Assembly: GCA_051362555.1 (NCBI GenBank)
Contig: CM120641.1
Location: 10,664,001-10,728,000, forward strand
Direction: 5' to 3'
DNA: 64,000 nt
DNA from: Lingula anatina
Lineage: Eukaryota; Animalia; Brachiopoda
Part shown: positions 27,901-38,921 of the stretch, one piece after another
Position numbering within the stretch: the first letter of the stretch is position 1
How the letters are laid out: each line of letters opens with the position of its first letter
Made by a program: the position numbers and the translations under genes
Notes under the pieces: model-generated
The model's database searches: none
Told to the model about the DNA's origin: nothing
What the model saw: the letters and a program-made list of their open reading frames with translations, nothing else

Positions 27901-30410
27901 ATCATCTTGTCTTTCACGACTCTCAATGATCTAAAAATAATCATCATAAAAAATTAATGTACTAATTTTTATTGATATTCTTAAAGATTAGTCCCTAAAA
28001 TTTAATGTTTACTTTTACCAAACCACATGGTTTTAATCTAAATCTGTACACATATTTTTCATATTAATATCATGAATGGTGATGACTCAGCTAACACAAT
28101 TTGCTTAACTAAAAAATTTTGTTTGAAAATATTAATAATAATCATTTTTCAATCCTCAAGCTCTATAGTCTATTTTCTTATACTGATTGCCACTGATCTC
28201 ACCATTCTGAAAATAGTGTGACTGCGTGAACTTCTTTCATTCATGTTGGTTTCTCCAATCTTTCTTCTGTCCGCTCCTTTCTTCATAAGCTGAAGTATCT
28301 GGTCTGCATTAGTGACCATCTCCTCTGTCAAGTTAGCTACATAAACCTGATTCTCCTATAAAAACAGCAAGAACTACATTACACTCCAAGACTGCAGACT
28401 TCTGCTTAGGAAAAAGGCACTAAAATACTATTAAAAATATTAGGGGACTCATATTTAATAGCAATTGTCATCACTTGGCACAGCCATCCAGGACAGCAAT
28501 AAGTTGGCAATACAATTAACATAGTTAAGTATCTAAAGTACTTACAGTATCCTGATGGATCTTAAGTTTTTTCTTTTCATCACTCAAAAGGTCACAAAGC
28601 TGTTCATTGTAAATTTCCAAATAAGACACTCGGAGAAGATACTCTCTTTCTGGAGTCTGAAACATATTATCATGCCTCTGGTTACTGATTGTATGTGCAT
28701 CACCCTTATTTGCTCTGCCTAAAACACACTTTAAATACTAACACATTGGTTAAAGTTGTAAAAACTGAAAATCCTGAAAATGTAGCTTGTAGTTTCTCAC
28801 TGCATTTAGAGAATATGAACAAAAAATGATCAAAATGAAGACTGAAAATCCAAAATTTATGTATATTCCTGGTACTGTTCACCAATGCTGTTATCTCCAA
28901 GGGTTTACCCAAAACAATGAAATTTTGAAAAGATTGAAAAATTTTAGAAAACAGCTAATTTAAAAGTCAAAATACTTACACCCTCTATGCCCTCAAATAT
29001 GGCATTCATTGCCAATGGAATAATTCCTTGATTGAGCTTGTCTCCCATCATTGTATGAGTTTTCCCAGATGATGTCTGACCATATGCAAAAATTGTCCCT
29101 GTAAAAAATGAGGATAGAAAAATCATCAAAGCAGCAACGTTTTCTACATTTTTATTGCCTCCAGATCTATTTTATTTTAAAAATGGGTTAAAATGAACAA
29201 TGCATTTGCCATTAAGTTAACAATGATACTTAAAGCTATTTTATAGCAACCCAATAATGATATTGTAATTTTGTGACCAGTTCATAGCTGGAGAGAATAA
29301 CTCACACATAAGCTTACCATTGAATCCCTTCATAGATTCTTCAACAATTCCCATAGCAACTTGGTCATAAATATCCATGTTTGTTTCATGCTGGTCAAAT
29401 ACATGATCTGCAAAACAATGTATGGTTCTACTAATTATAACAAATTTCCTTAGTGTAGTGAACATCTATTAAAATCAAATGCATATCCCTACTTCATAAT
29501 AATTCATAAGTGTGTTACCTAAATGAAACATACCTGAGGCTGAGCCATATTATTTTAATTTTTTAATACAATACAGCAAAGTCAGTTTTTTTCATAAAAC
29601 CTTACTTTTCTGAAAACTAATATCTATATCTGCCAAGTGCGCATTGTTACTTCCATAAAAACAATCTTATGACTACCTTTTACAAATTCCAATATTAAAT
29701 TACTATTCTTTTCTGAATATTCTTTCATTTTTAGCTTATATATTAAAATCGTGGTGTACCTACCAAACACATAACTTGTTCCGACTTGTTTGTCATTCTC
29801 AAGCTGAGTCACAGTATTGTCTCTCACCAACCAGCTAATCTTCTGGCCACTAGTCTGCTCTCTAGTACAGAAAAAGAAATAAATATCTATAAAGGTTAAA
29901 ATCAATCAAATGAATAATGAGGTGCTGTAACAAGAATAACATGTAATCAAGAAGTATATAACTTGCCTGTCAAATAACTGGAGTTTTGACAAGAGTGAAA
30001 ACAGTCATTTGCCAAATGATGCAAGAGATTTTATCCATATAAAATAGCCCACATTGCAAATAGTTTGTAAATGCACCAGACATGGGAGAAACTGGAGATA
30101 CTGAAGTCCAGAGGACATGCACTACAAGAAATCTGCAGGTCCTTACCATCTGTGCTGATCCGAACTAAGTATAGTATTTTATTTACGTTAGTCAATATTT
30201 GCATATGATTTATTTATTTTTTTTTACACAAGCGTTGCCAGTCCAGAGGACCTGGATTAACAAAAATCTTCCAGTCCTTTGGCTTTTTTGAGTCATGACT
30301 GGTTAGAACTGGCAGTTTCCCCATGACTGATATACTATACATCAAGTCACACAGACTAACCTTTGAATCAGTGGCCTGACTCTCACAGCAACATTAATGT
30401 TGTCCGACAT
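2656..30410 (-). CDS. CENPE: Centromere protein E (kinesin-7), ~50 coding exons, roughly 2,400 aa by summing hand-called exons
   Basis: N-terminal motor: [13 protein letters not shown] (30410-30361), [16 protein letters not shown] (~29098-28980), [10 protein letters not shown] (~28230), LVDLAGSER (~27636), [19 protein letters not shown] (~23760). It is followed by the RRETW motif (~22540), a long coiled coil, an SSGII tail motif (~3770) and a C-terminal CAAX, ECTTQ* (human CENP-E ends CKTQ). Confidence 0.93.
8408..12110 (-). repeat. CENP-E tandem exon array A: 5 x (93-nt + 210-nt exon) with co-duplicated introns
   Basis: 210-nt exons ([15 protein letters not shown]...[10 protein letters not shown]) at 8408-8617, 9190-9399, 9949-10158, 10702-10911, 11440-11649. 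93-nt exons ([21 protein letters not shown]...) at 8834-8926, 9619-9711, 10391-10483, 11128-11220, 12018-12110. All are phase 0. Confidence 0.93.
11730..11900. mobile_element. Short Helentron/HINE-like fragment inserted in one copy of the array A intron
   Basis: The sequence is absent from the paralogous introns. It contains AAGATGGTGGCCATGGCAGCCACCTTGGAT and a degenerate GCATGCA(A/G) microsatellite. Confidence 0.45.
14150..20259 (-). repeat. CENP-E tandem exon array B: 5 x (123-nt + 123-nt exon)
   Basis: Strict alternation of [41 protein letters not shown] exons (~14440, 15533, 16270, 18880, 20137) and [41 protein letters not shown] exons (~14150, 15241, 15912, 16654, 19530). Confidence 0.92.
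17359..18843. mobile_element. Non-autonomous Tc1/mariner (pogo-like) DNA transposon, ~1.49 kb
   Basis: Perfect 26-bp TIRs CGGTAATTCTCCAATCTATACGAACG / CGTTCGTATAGATTGGAGAATTACCG, flanked by TA on both sides. The paralogous intron at ~14391-14420 shows the empty site. No transposase ORF is present. Confidence 0.9.
24545..24778 (+). mobile_element. Short non-autonomous Helentron-type element (HINE)
   Basis: Starts ACTAGAAAAGCAC; subterminal IR ACCTCTGCCAAGG ... CCTTGGCAGAG; GACAGACAAACA microsatellite near the 3' end. Confidence 0.7.
24826..24920. repeat. (TA)n microsatellite, ~95 bp
   Basis: Directly visible. Confidence 0.98.
26750..27470 (+). mobile_element. 3' part of a Helentron-type (HINE/pearl-like) element: ~161-bp internal tandem repeats, GACG microsatellite and terminal hairpin
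   Basis: The unit recurs at ~26760, 26921, 27082 and 27243. (GACGGC/GAC)n lies at 27385-27424. A 14-bp perfect stem TATGTACAGACACA-tc-TGTGTCTGTACATA at 27437-27466 is followed by an A run. Confidence 0.8.
30077..30329. mobile_element. MITE with imperfect TIRs
   Basis: CAGACATGGGAGAAACTG ... CAGTTTCCCCATGACTG, with an internal repeated AGTCCAGAGGAC. No clear TSD. Confidence 0.6.
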
Positions 30411-30827
30411 GTCTGATTATGGTACCTGAAAGAATTTTCTTTTCAAATATAACAGTTCTAAGCTTTAAAAAAATCTGTCCCAGAGTGTCAAAGCTGAGTC
30501 TCTAATATCAGCTTAAATTAGCAAATGATGGGTAGCATGTACTATAAATAAAGTATGAAGTTAGTATTATAAAGTGCCAGAAGAATTCTAATACCAGTAA
30601 ATAAGCCAAGCTTGCTCAAGGAGCACTGTGATCATGAAAGAACATTGCACAATTATTATTACAGATCACTAAATTAGCTTTTATATTAACAGCACCAATT
30701 AAGTGACAGCATCTTTCGTTTCACCACAAGGAATCTACTGTAAATGCATGTGTCTACTTGTGTGTATGTCTGTTTAGTCAACATGCCAATTACTAAATTA
30801 CTAAGGCAAGTTTCTTAAATTCAGCTC

Positions 30828-30833
<6 letters not shown>

Positions 30834-30878
<45 letters not shown>
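30834..30878. repeat. (TG)n microsatellite
   Basis: Directly visible. Confidence 0.98.
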
Positions 30879-30879
<1 letters not shown>

Positions 30880-31170
30880 TCAGGTAGATTATTACTTTAT
30901 AGATTTTATAGTGTGTGTGAGGTTGGGGTCCCTCTCGTCTTCAAGTGCATCATTCTGCTCGCGTTTACACTTTTGAATGCCTGGACGATAAACACCCACA
31001 TTTCCCCTTTACTAAAAATGCAATCGACCTAATACAAAAATATAAGACATGATAAATTTACAAAGCAAAACGAAGTAAAATAACTACAACCAGCCACAGA
31101 TTTTATCCCCCAAATACAACAGTAAAATTAACGAGCATCTGTCAGGGAGGTTTTACGAACAAGCACCTTA

Positions 31171-31375
31171 CCTTCTGCAACAGGTACCACCACCAAACTT
31201 CTGAACTTTCACCAACCGGGTGACGATTTACAGGCAAAACTTTTCCCGATATGAGATATGTTTAAAATTCGCGAGTTTTAACAAACTGTCCAATGACACA
31301 TGACGTTACATATCGTCTGCAAAACGTTATATCTATTTTGATTGGTTGCTTAGAACTTCCGGTTTCATGCGAACA
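31171..31375 (-). promoter_or_regulatory. Probable non-coding first exon and promoter of CENP-E
   Basis: Donor AG|gtaagg at ~31171 could join the acceptor at ~30425. The region is CpG-enriched, with CCAAT (31290) and ATTGG (31341) boxes, a TCGCG...TTTAAA motif (31261-31274) and ETS-like CCGGAAG (~31356-31362). Confidence 0.55.
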
Positions 31376-32180
31376 GGTACAACAACACACACTGAACAAT
31401 ACAGGTAGATCATTCTTTAGTGAGTACTACGTAGTAACGACACAAGGTGCAGACGAGACATAATTATTACGGTATTGTACATGTATGTCACAAAAATGGT
31501 GGTAGCGTAGTGCAACTACACAATGTAGGTTGTTACTGTCTTATCCCATGGCTGGTAAATTAACGTAGTACACGAGAGCAAATACCAGTGTTACCTGTCC
31601 AATCGAATATTGTTCGAAGCGTCATTATTGGGATACTTGAGTTTTCACTGTGTTTTCACTGTGGTTTTATGGTAGTAACTATTCCTTTACAGACAGGTTT
31701 AATAAATAAAATACAAGTGGATTATATTAAATTTTATTTATTATTATTACATGTATATACGTGTAACCGCGCTAGTGCTACAACTTATAGTGCTTCGAGT
31801 GGTTAACAATTTTAAGAACAAAAATCCGAAAAACTGCTGTAATATTTACACGGTTTCGCTGAGTCAATTTTTGAGACCACTTTAACGAAGAAGTCGATAC
31901 TGATCATCATTTGTATGTACCTAAGAGAAATAAAAGGATATCCATATCGATTGGTAAATTTGTTTCTGGGATATGCTATCATGCGTCCTTTTTTTTCATC
32001 CAAGTAAATAAGAGATGGGCTTACAATGGCGCACTCCCCCGCCTTCCCTCTCCAAATCAATAACATCATGTACTAGTAGGCCTATGGTTGCATTGTCTTT
32101 TTGCCTTACGTTGCCTTTTATGTAGGCCTACTAACTTTGCGAAATTACAAGTGTACTTTTTTGTGCTCAGTATAGGCCTA

Positions 32181-32437
32181 CCAGGGCGGATCCAGGATTA
32201 TTTGAAGGTGGATCCACTAATGCGAAGCCGACCCTCCCCTCCCGGCACGGGGTTTGGGGCCTGCTTAAGGGCCTTGAAAATTTTTGGCATTTTAGAAGGC
32301 GAACGGTGCCATTTGGTTCGGCTTAGAATTATGATTCAGCTATTCAAAATTCTAATTTCAAGAAGGGACCATTGGTGTGATTATTTTAAGAAATCAAAGA
32401 GGGGGGGAGGGTCAGCACAACCGAAATCTGCCACTGG
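32181..32437. mobile_element. Degenerate GC-rich MITE
   Basis: Imperfect TIRs CCAGGGCGGATCCAGG ... CCGAAATCTGCCACTGG. Confidence 0.55.
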
Positions 32438-33061
32438 TATACAATATATAGTACCTGTGTAGGCCTACTCTATGCTCAGTATGCAGGCACTTTAAGAAGG
32501 CCAACCCAGTTCTGGAGTGTTCGGAACTTGCTGAATTTTTGAAGATATGTGAAAATCTGTGTTCATGGTCTATCTATAGATTCCTCTATATAAGCTTGAA
32601 CACTTCATACGTTTTATGCCTGCCTGTATATATATTTTGTACCAGGGCCTACTGAATTCTAGCGTATCGTAACGGGAAAGGGCATCACAATAGCTCAGTA
32701 TTAAGTCCTATCGTTTACTTCTTAGCTATGAAGGATTGCTTTTCAACGGTGTTTACAAGAAACTGAAAATACAAAAAATGCAAAAATGTTGTAAAAGATG
32801 TTATTGATGGCTAATTAGTGTAGGCGATATTGCAGTGTGTTTCGATATTGTTCTATAAGATCTTTTATCTGATTCGTTTATTAAATCTATTAGATCTATG
32901 ATTTAAAAAAATTGAAAAAATAACTTTCGACTCCACCATCCGACTAACTAGGGTGAGAAAAAATTAAGCATTTCCCCCAGTTTGTTCAGGCACTAACCGC
33001 ACTATCTGGGAGGGTATCGGGAGTTCCGATGAGGCAGAGCCATTGCATGGCGGTTTTTATT

Positions 33062-33100
<39 letters not shown>

Positions 33101-33610
33101 TTTTTCAGAGAAAACCTGCTACAAAACTCTCAATATTACATCTTTGTGGTTTATTGAAAAAGAATAAGTTTCAATGTACAAATTGTGACATTTATTGTGT
33201 CGCGTGTTTCGACCAGCTGTATATAACACTGAGTTTACGTTTGGTCTCTACACTTTATTAGAACATATGTATATACACAAATTTATTGCAAAAAATGTTA
33301 TTTAGCGAAGCATACTAGTATACATGTAACCGCTCTAGCTTTATTCTTCTATAATTATTTTTCACATGGTTCTCGGGTACGACTATGACATATTTGACAC
33401 GCAAACGATCTTGTGGTAAGCCTTCAGGAATCCATTTCAAATAAAAAGCTTATGTAATACTCGACTTCAAACATGTGATATACGGGTATAACAACACTTT
33501 AATAACAGCACTATATGGACTTCACTTGACTCGACTCCAACACATATAGAATATCTGAAGTTACATAATCTATAATATTTGAGCAATGCAGGTAGCGGTG
33601 GAATTGCAAA

Positions 33611-35171
33611 TTATGGGAGGCTTGGTAGTCCGCTGTCACTTTTACGGGCATGAAGAATGACAAGAATGCCACTGACTATCTCTAGAACAATCATTAGCAT
33701 TGTTAAGATGATGGACCACGATATCATAATATCTTTGTCCACTGCGTGCACGGCAAATACGATGTCCCCGATCAGGACGAAGAGTGCTGAAATTTAAAAA
33801 AAAAGACGGATTCAATAAAAATAGGCGAAAGAAAATCGATGATTTACATGATGTAGGGCATCATGAGTGTCAATTTTTGTAGCTTTTGCTAGCAGTTTAC
33901 AGAGTTTACAACTGACTAAATCGTAAAACTGGACAGCTATAATTTAAAAATGCACCAGTATTGTAGATGCCTGCGATAAGTACAGGAGCCGCGTTGTTCC
34001 ACAGTACGTGTATAGATCTGTTATGACGAAAAGACGGGTTGTTAAGTTCACTCTTAAAACGTACTTATTCAACCAAGTGCAGAAAATCTCAGAGATGAAA
34101 TTAGAGGGAAAGGATACATGTAGACAAATGTGTTTATATACATGTGGTTTTGGAATGTATAAGGTCTTGCTGAAACCATAATTTACATTTGACTAAAAAA
34201 AACTTACTAAACCTTGAACAGTGAAATGTTACGTTCGACACCAAGTATCACGATGTATTTGATTTTGAAAAATAAACAATTTCCATGGCATTTTAATTTC
34301 GATTTGTTAAGTTAATTCCAACTTTAAACGTAAACTGTGATCCAACGCATTGACCCATAAGATAAATCATATTTTACCCGCAGCCAAATGGAGAGCGCCT
34401 TGTGCGAATGGGACGGCTGGTTTATCAAATCGTGATATACACACATAGAGAGCTGCAAGGACCACAGTGATTATGGCACATAATAACCCTAAACATGCCA
34501 TGGCACGAGATGCATCAAGCCAATCTAAAACAAACAGTTTCGATTTAAATCAATTATCAATGGGAATATCAACAGATACAAGGAGACATAATGTTACGTT
34601 CCTGTGATCATAAGCCACAGATAATTGTCTCAAATTTTCACTCGTAAATATGGAGGATTTTATTAATTAAAGTGACATATTAGAAATGAACAAATCACCT
34701 GGCCTCATGGGCATGCGAGTCATCATATTTTGTCCAGTTCTCAAAACCGTAAAATTAAAACAATAACTTATGAATACAACTACTCAATAAGATACATACT
34801 AAATATAAATGCATGTATGTTCTTCGTGGAAAGGAGTAGTGGCACTGTCTTTATCTACAAAGCATTAACGTTTTGCAGTCAGAAATCTAATACTGATAAT
34901 AAAATTCATCATTCATAAAGCTCTCACACTCTCAATACCAACCTTCGTTGGAAGGGGCGAAGCAATTCCCCGCCAGACATTTTTCCCAGAGACCAGAATT
35001 AACCTCAATGTCGACAACCACCTTGTAACTCCCTGCCACCCAGTATGGCGTGGCAAAACCGATCACAAATAAAAGCAGCGCGATCGGAGACGTTATCAGG
35101 GATGCCTTGTACTCCTTGGATAGCCTCAAAAAATGAATTAACAGACGTGCTTTGAAACCAACGCCAGGCAT
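33611..35171 (-). CDS. Claudin/PMP-22/EMP family tetraspan protein, paralog 1 (3 exons, 183 aa)
   Basis: Exons 35171-34943, 34524-34378 and 33786-33611 join in phase. Contains GFATPYW...GLWEKC-x4-C, WLDASRA and four hydrophobic segments. Confidence 0.88.
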
Positions 35172-35698
35172 TTTGAGAAAGTGTGAAAGTGTGTCACCGC
35201 CCTGGTCTATCCGACAATTACACCACTGGCGTTCCTTTCTATATATATATATATATATCAGTTAGATGGACCTGATTACAGAACCGTGGGCAGGTCTTCC
35301 TCAGGGCAGGCTGTGTGTGAGATCAAATGTTGATATGAAGTCGGCTAATTATGCATTCCTATATCGTCACGCATGGGATAGGGCCTTGACAGTTCGGACG
35401 CGTCAGTTGACCATTTTAGTTAGTGTGACCAATGAGTTTGACAACCATGGTGTGTCATTATACCAAATCTTTCTTGCCAAAAACTGTAAGTTTGATTTTG
35501 GTATGGCCCAAAGGACAGGTTGATTTCTGTTAAAGTTGATATACGCTCGGCTTATCGAGAACAGACTGGTGAGTCATGTTACCTTTAATGATTAGTCGCA
35601 TTTTTGCGTTGTGTTTGTTAAACATACGTGTTTTAAAACTTTACGATGACGGTCGGATTTGATCTCAAATTTTTCAGTGTCTTCTTCCTTTCCTCCCC

Positions 35699-35742
<44 letters not shown>

Positions 35743-36347
35743 AAAATATAACAGCTCCTTTAACTTATGTTGTTTGTTGCACATCCCTTTCCCTTTTTCA
35801 AAAATACCAAAAAATAGAAACCTTTTCTTCGTACTGTACATTTGATTCGCTAGCGTGCCCAACATATCAAGAAAGTGGGGGAGCACTTTGTTTCTTACAT
35901 AAATATTCATTTATTTTTTCTATACAAAAAGTAAAATCATGTAACATTACACTGACATTGCCCTTTTGCCCACATGGGTCTAAATTGTTGACCAAAATAA
36001 AAACGGATCTCTGGGCTCAAAGTGGAAGGGGAGAGCGGCCTCGGCAGGTCACAATTTCGCTGGTTACAATTTAAATGTCCACAGAATTAGCCAGAGAAAT
36101 GTCTGTGAAAATCTAGTGAAAAATTCTCTCTGTGGTCCCGGTAGAAGGTAAGGTACATTGGCGATACCGTCACATCTGATAGCCGTATTAAAACAAAGTC
36201 GAATTGAATAAGCGAGCTGTGCAATTCTCTTTCAAATTTGCTTGTCCTTTGAAAATGGTTCTCAATTTTTCGGTAATTTTACCTTATCGATCTGGTTCGC
36301 TAGATCAAGATGTCCTTGCATTGTTTGAATGAAACTGCTATAATTTG

Positions 36348-36962
36348 TCAGCGGCTATGTAGGACCACTAGTATTCCACTCGTTATTTCAAGAATTATCA
36401 TTAGAATGGTCAAAACCAGGGACCACGATATCACGTAACCATCCTGCGCTACGTATACTCCGAAAATGATGTCACCAACTAGGACAAGCAGCGCTGAAAT
36501 TAATGAAAAAAATCTGCCGAACAAAAAGAAAGTTGTTTGGTCTTCAAACACATAATTTCTTAAACATTGCTAATACACGCAAAGATTCAGAATACCATCA
36601 TTTTACACTCGAGAAACTTTTTTAACGAACAAGAATAGAACTTTTCACTTATTCTAGGGAATAATGGCAATTACCCCGTTTCATTCGCACTGTAATTTTT
36701 TTCTGCCATAATCCTTAACTTAACCAGTTTACTTAAAGCACAAAAATATAAGACTACAACATTTTTTACGTACCTGCCACAAAGTGAAGTCCGGCTTGTG
36801 TGTACAAAATGCCAGGCGTATCGAACCGTGGCACACAAACATACACCAGAGACACTATCAGAGCTTTTAGGATAAATATGAATCCTATACACTCCAATGT
36901 TCGTGTTACAGCAAGCCAGCCTGAAATTATAAAATTATAAATGCTTAAGATCATAAATAAAA

Positions 36963-37012
<50 letters not shown>

Positions 37013-37517
37013 TGCTCATAGAATATATGCCTTTATAGGCCTACATGACATATAAATTAGCACGTGCTATTTGAAGAGCAAATAGAAAGGAGGGTTTGGT
37101 GGATAAAAAGAGATAAGATTATATCAGTATATTTAATATTTAATAACATATTTAATATTTAATAATATAATTCATATTAACCAGCCTATGAACTGCTGTG
37201 ATTAAAATAATTGAATACTACCATGATCAGCCATGCATCATCCATTTGCCGGCCACTGTCAATGTATGGGACTCACCTCCGACAATTCCTATATAGTCGC
37301 AGTATCCATCATATCCATCATAGCAAGCTTCCCACAGCCCGACACTAACTTTTATTTGTGTCCCATCAAGAAATGCCCAATGCGGTGTAGCAAACCCTAT
37401 GATGAAGACAAGCAGCCCGAGGAAAGACGTCACCAGTGATACTTTGTATTTTTTCGATAACCTCCAAATATTGATGAGAAGACGCTCTCGGAACCCGATT
37501 TCCAATATGTCAGCCAT
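36348..37517 (-). CDS. Claudin/PMP-22/EMP family tetraspan protein, paralog 2 (3 exons, 177 aa)
   Basis: Exons 37517-37277, 36920-36774 and 36493-36348. Contains GFATPHW...GLWEAC...C and WLAVTR. Same intron phases and same 147-nt middle exon as paralog 1. Confidence 0.88.
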
Positions 37518-38921
37518 GATTGCGAAAATGACACGATTTCGAAGTTGAATTTAAACTGTACTTGTCTATAATCATGGTTTGTAGATTAAACTGAACAATG
37601 TTAATCTACCCACTTTTACAAATGTACATGAATGTTAATTAAATGTGAAGTTAAAAAAACACTTTATTTTGTTTTACAATGCTAGGATTGCGTTTAGAGG
37701 AAGAGTGAAAAAATCATGTGTAATATTATTGGAAAAGTTACAAAGATTGCATAAGCTTAATTCGCTTTAACGTTCAAAATCATTAAATATCTGAATTAAA
37801 CGAGTGTTCGAGGGTAAGCCTATCTATCCTGTGTGTTAGATAGTCTGATATGAGTCGCCATGGAGACAGTGCGGTTCAATATTGCTCATCCCTCTGCTGA
37901 GATTAATATCTGATGATCAATGGACCCGATATAAATGATATATGTATTTTTCAAAATAGTTTAGCATAATTAAATATGTTTATATCAGATATTTCTTTTT
38001 TAAAAGATTACAAAAACCATATATGAATTAAGAATTAAGTAGATCCCAGCTATTCTCCAAACTGTTTTTGAACAACTCTGACGAGACACCAACTAAGTAT
38101 TTCGGTTTTTACCTTCCTCCATTGTATCTCCTCTTACATGACTGCTATAGGTACCCAATTTGAAAGTGCATGTTCAAGGTCTGGAATATTCATATTCTTT
38201 TTCATATACGTGACTCAATGCCCCAAGCTCTCATGCTTTTAAAGTAGTGCACATTCTACGTGCACTGTTCTAAAATGCATTTTACACGTTAGATAAATAA
38301 AAGCAGTACATGCGACTGTTATATTTTTCATTTTTTTTTTTTTTTTTTGAGATTTATACATAGTGATTAGGAATTGAAGCAGATTGATGGTTGGAAAGCA
38401 ATAGAAAATTCCTGTTTCCTTTCCTTGCTTGGTCTTGTGGACAGTTTTTCGATGTACGTTAAAACATTCAGGTTAAATAGTGGGAATGCTGTGAACGAAC
38501 ATTCAGATGCTTTTAAGCAGCACTGAGCTACTGAACAGTACCAAATTATGAACACTATATGCCCTTCCTTTATATATGTAAAAAAAACTGGAAATACAAA
38601 ATATCAATTATTATTTATATGCACGTAAGACCACATCAAAAAGCATTAATATCGTAGGTAAGAATGGTTTATATAAATATTAAGGGACCCTATCAAGTCA
38701 ACATTACCAAGAATGGTGCCCCCCAGCTGATTGTAAACAGGTTACCAAAATGGACCGATACATACGAGAATAGTAGTTCAACAGTATACTGAGACTGCTT
38801 TTCAGATCAACGACAATGTGAAACGTTCTTTTTACACTTTCAAATGATGACGAAGTTTATGCAAAACACCAAGATTACACTGTTAAATTAATTCACATAA
38901 TATGCCCAATGTAGAACTTCT

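Noticed and set aside
35646-36074. 142-aa ORF with poly-Phe
   Set aside because: Driven by a poly-C/poly-T tract; no recognisable coding features.
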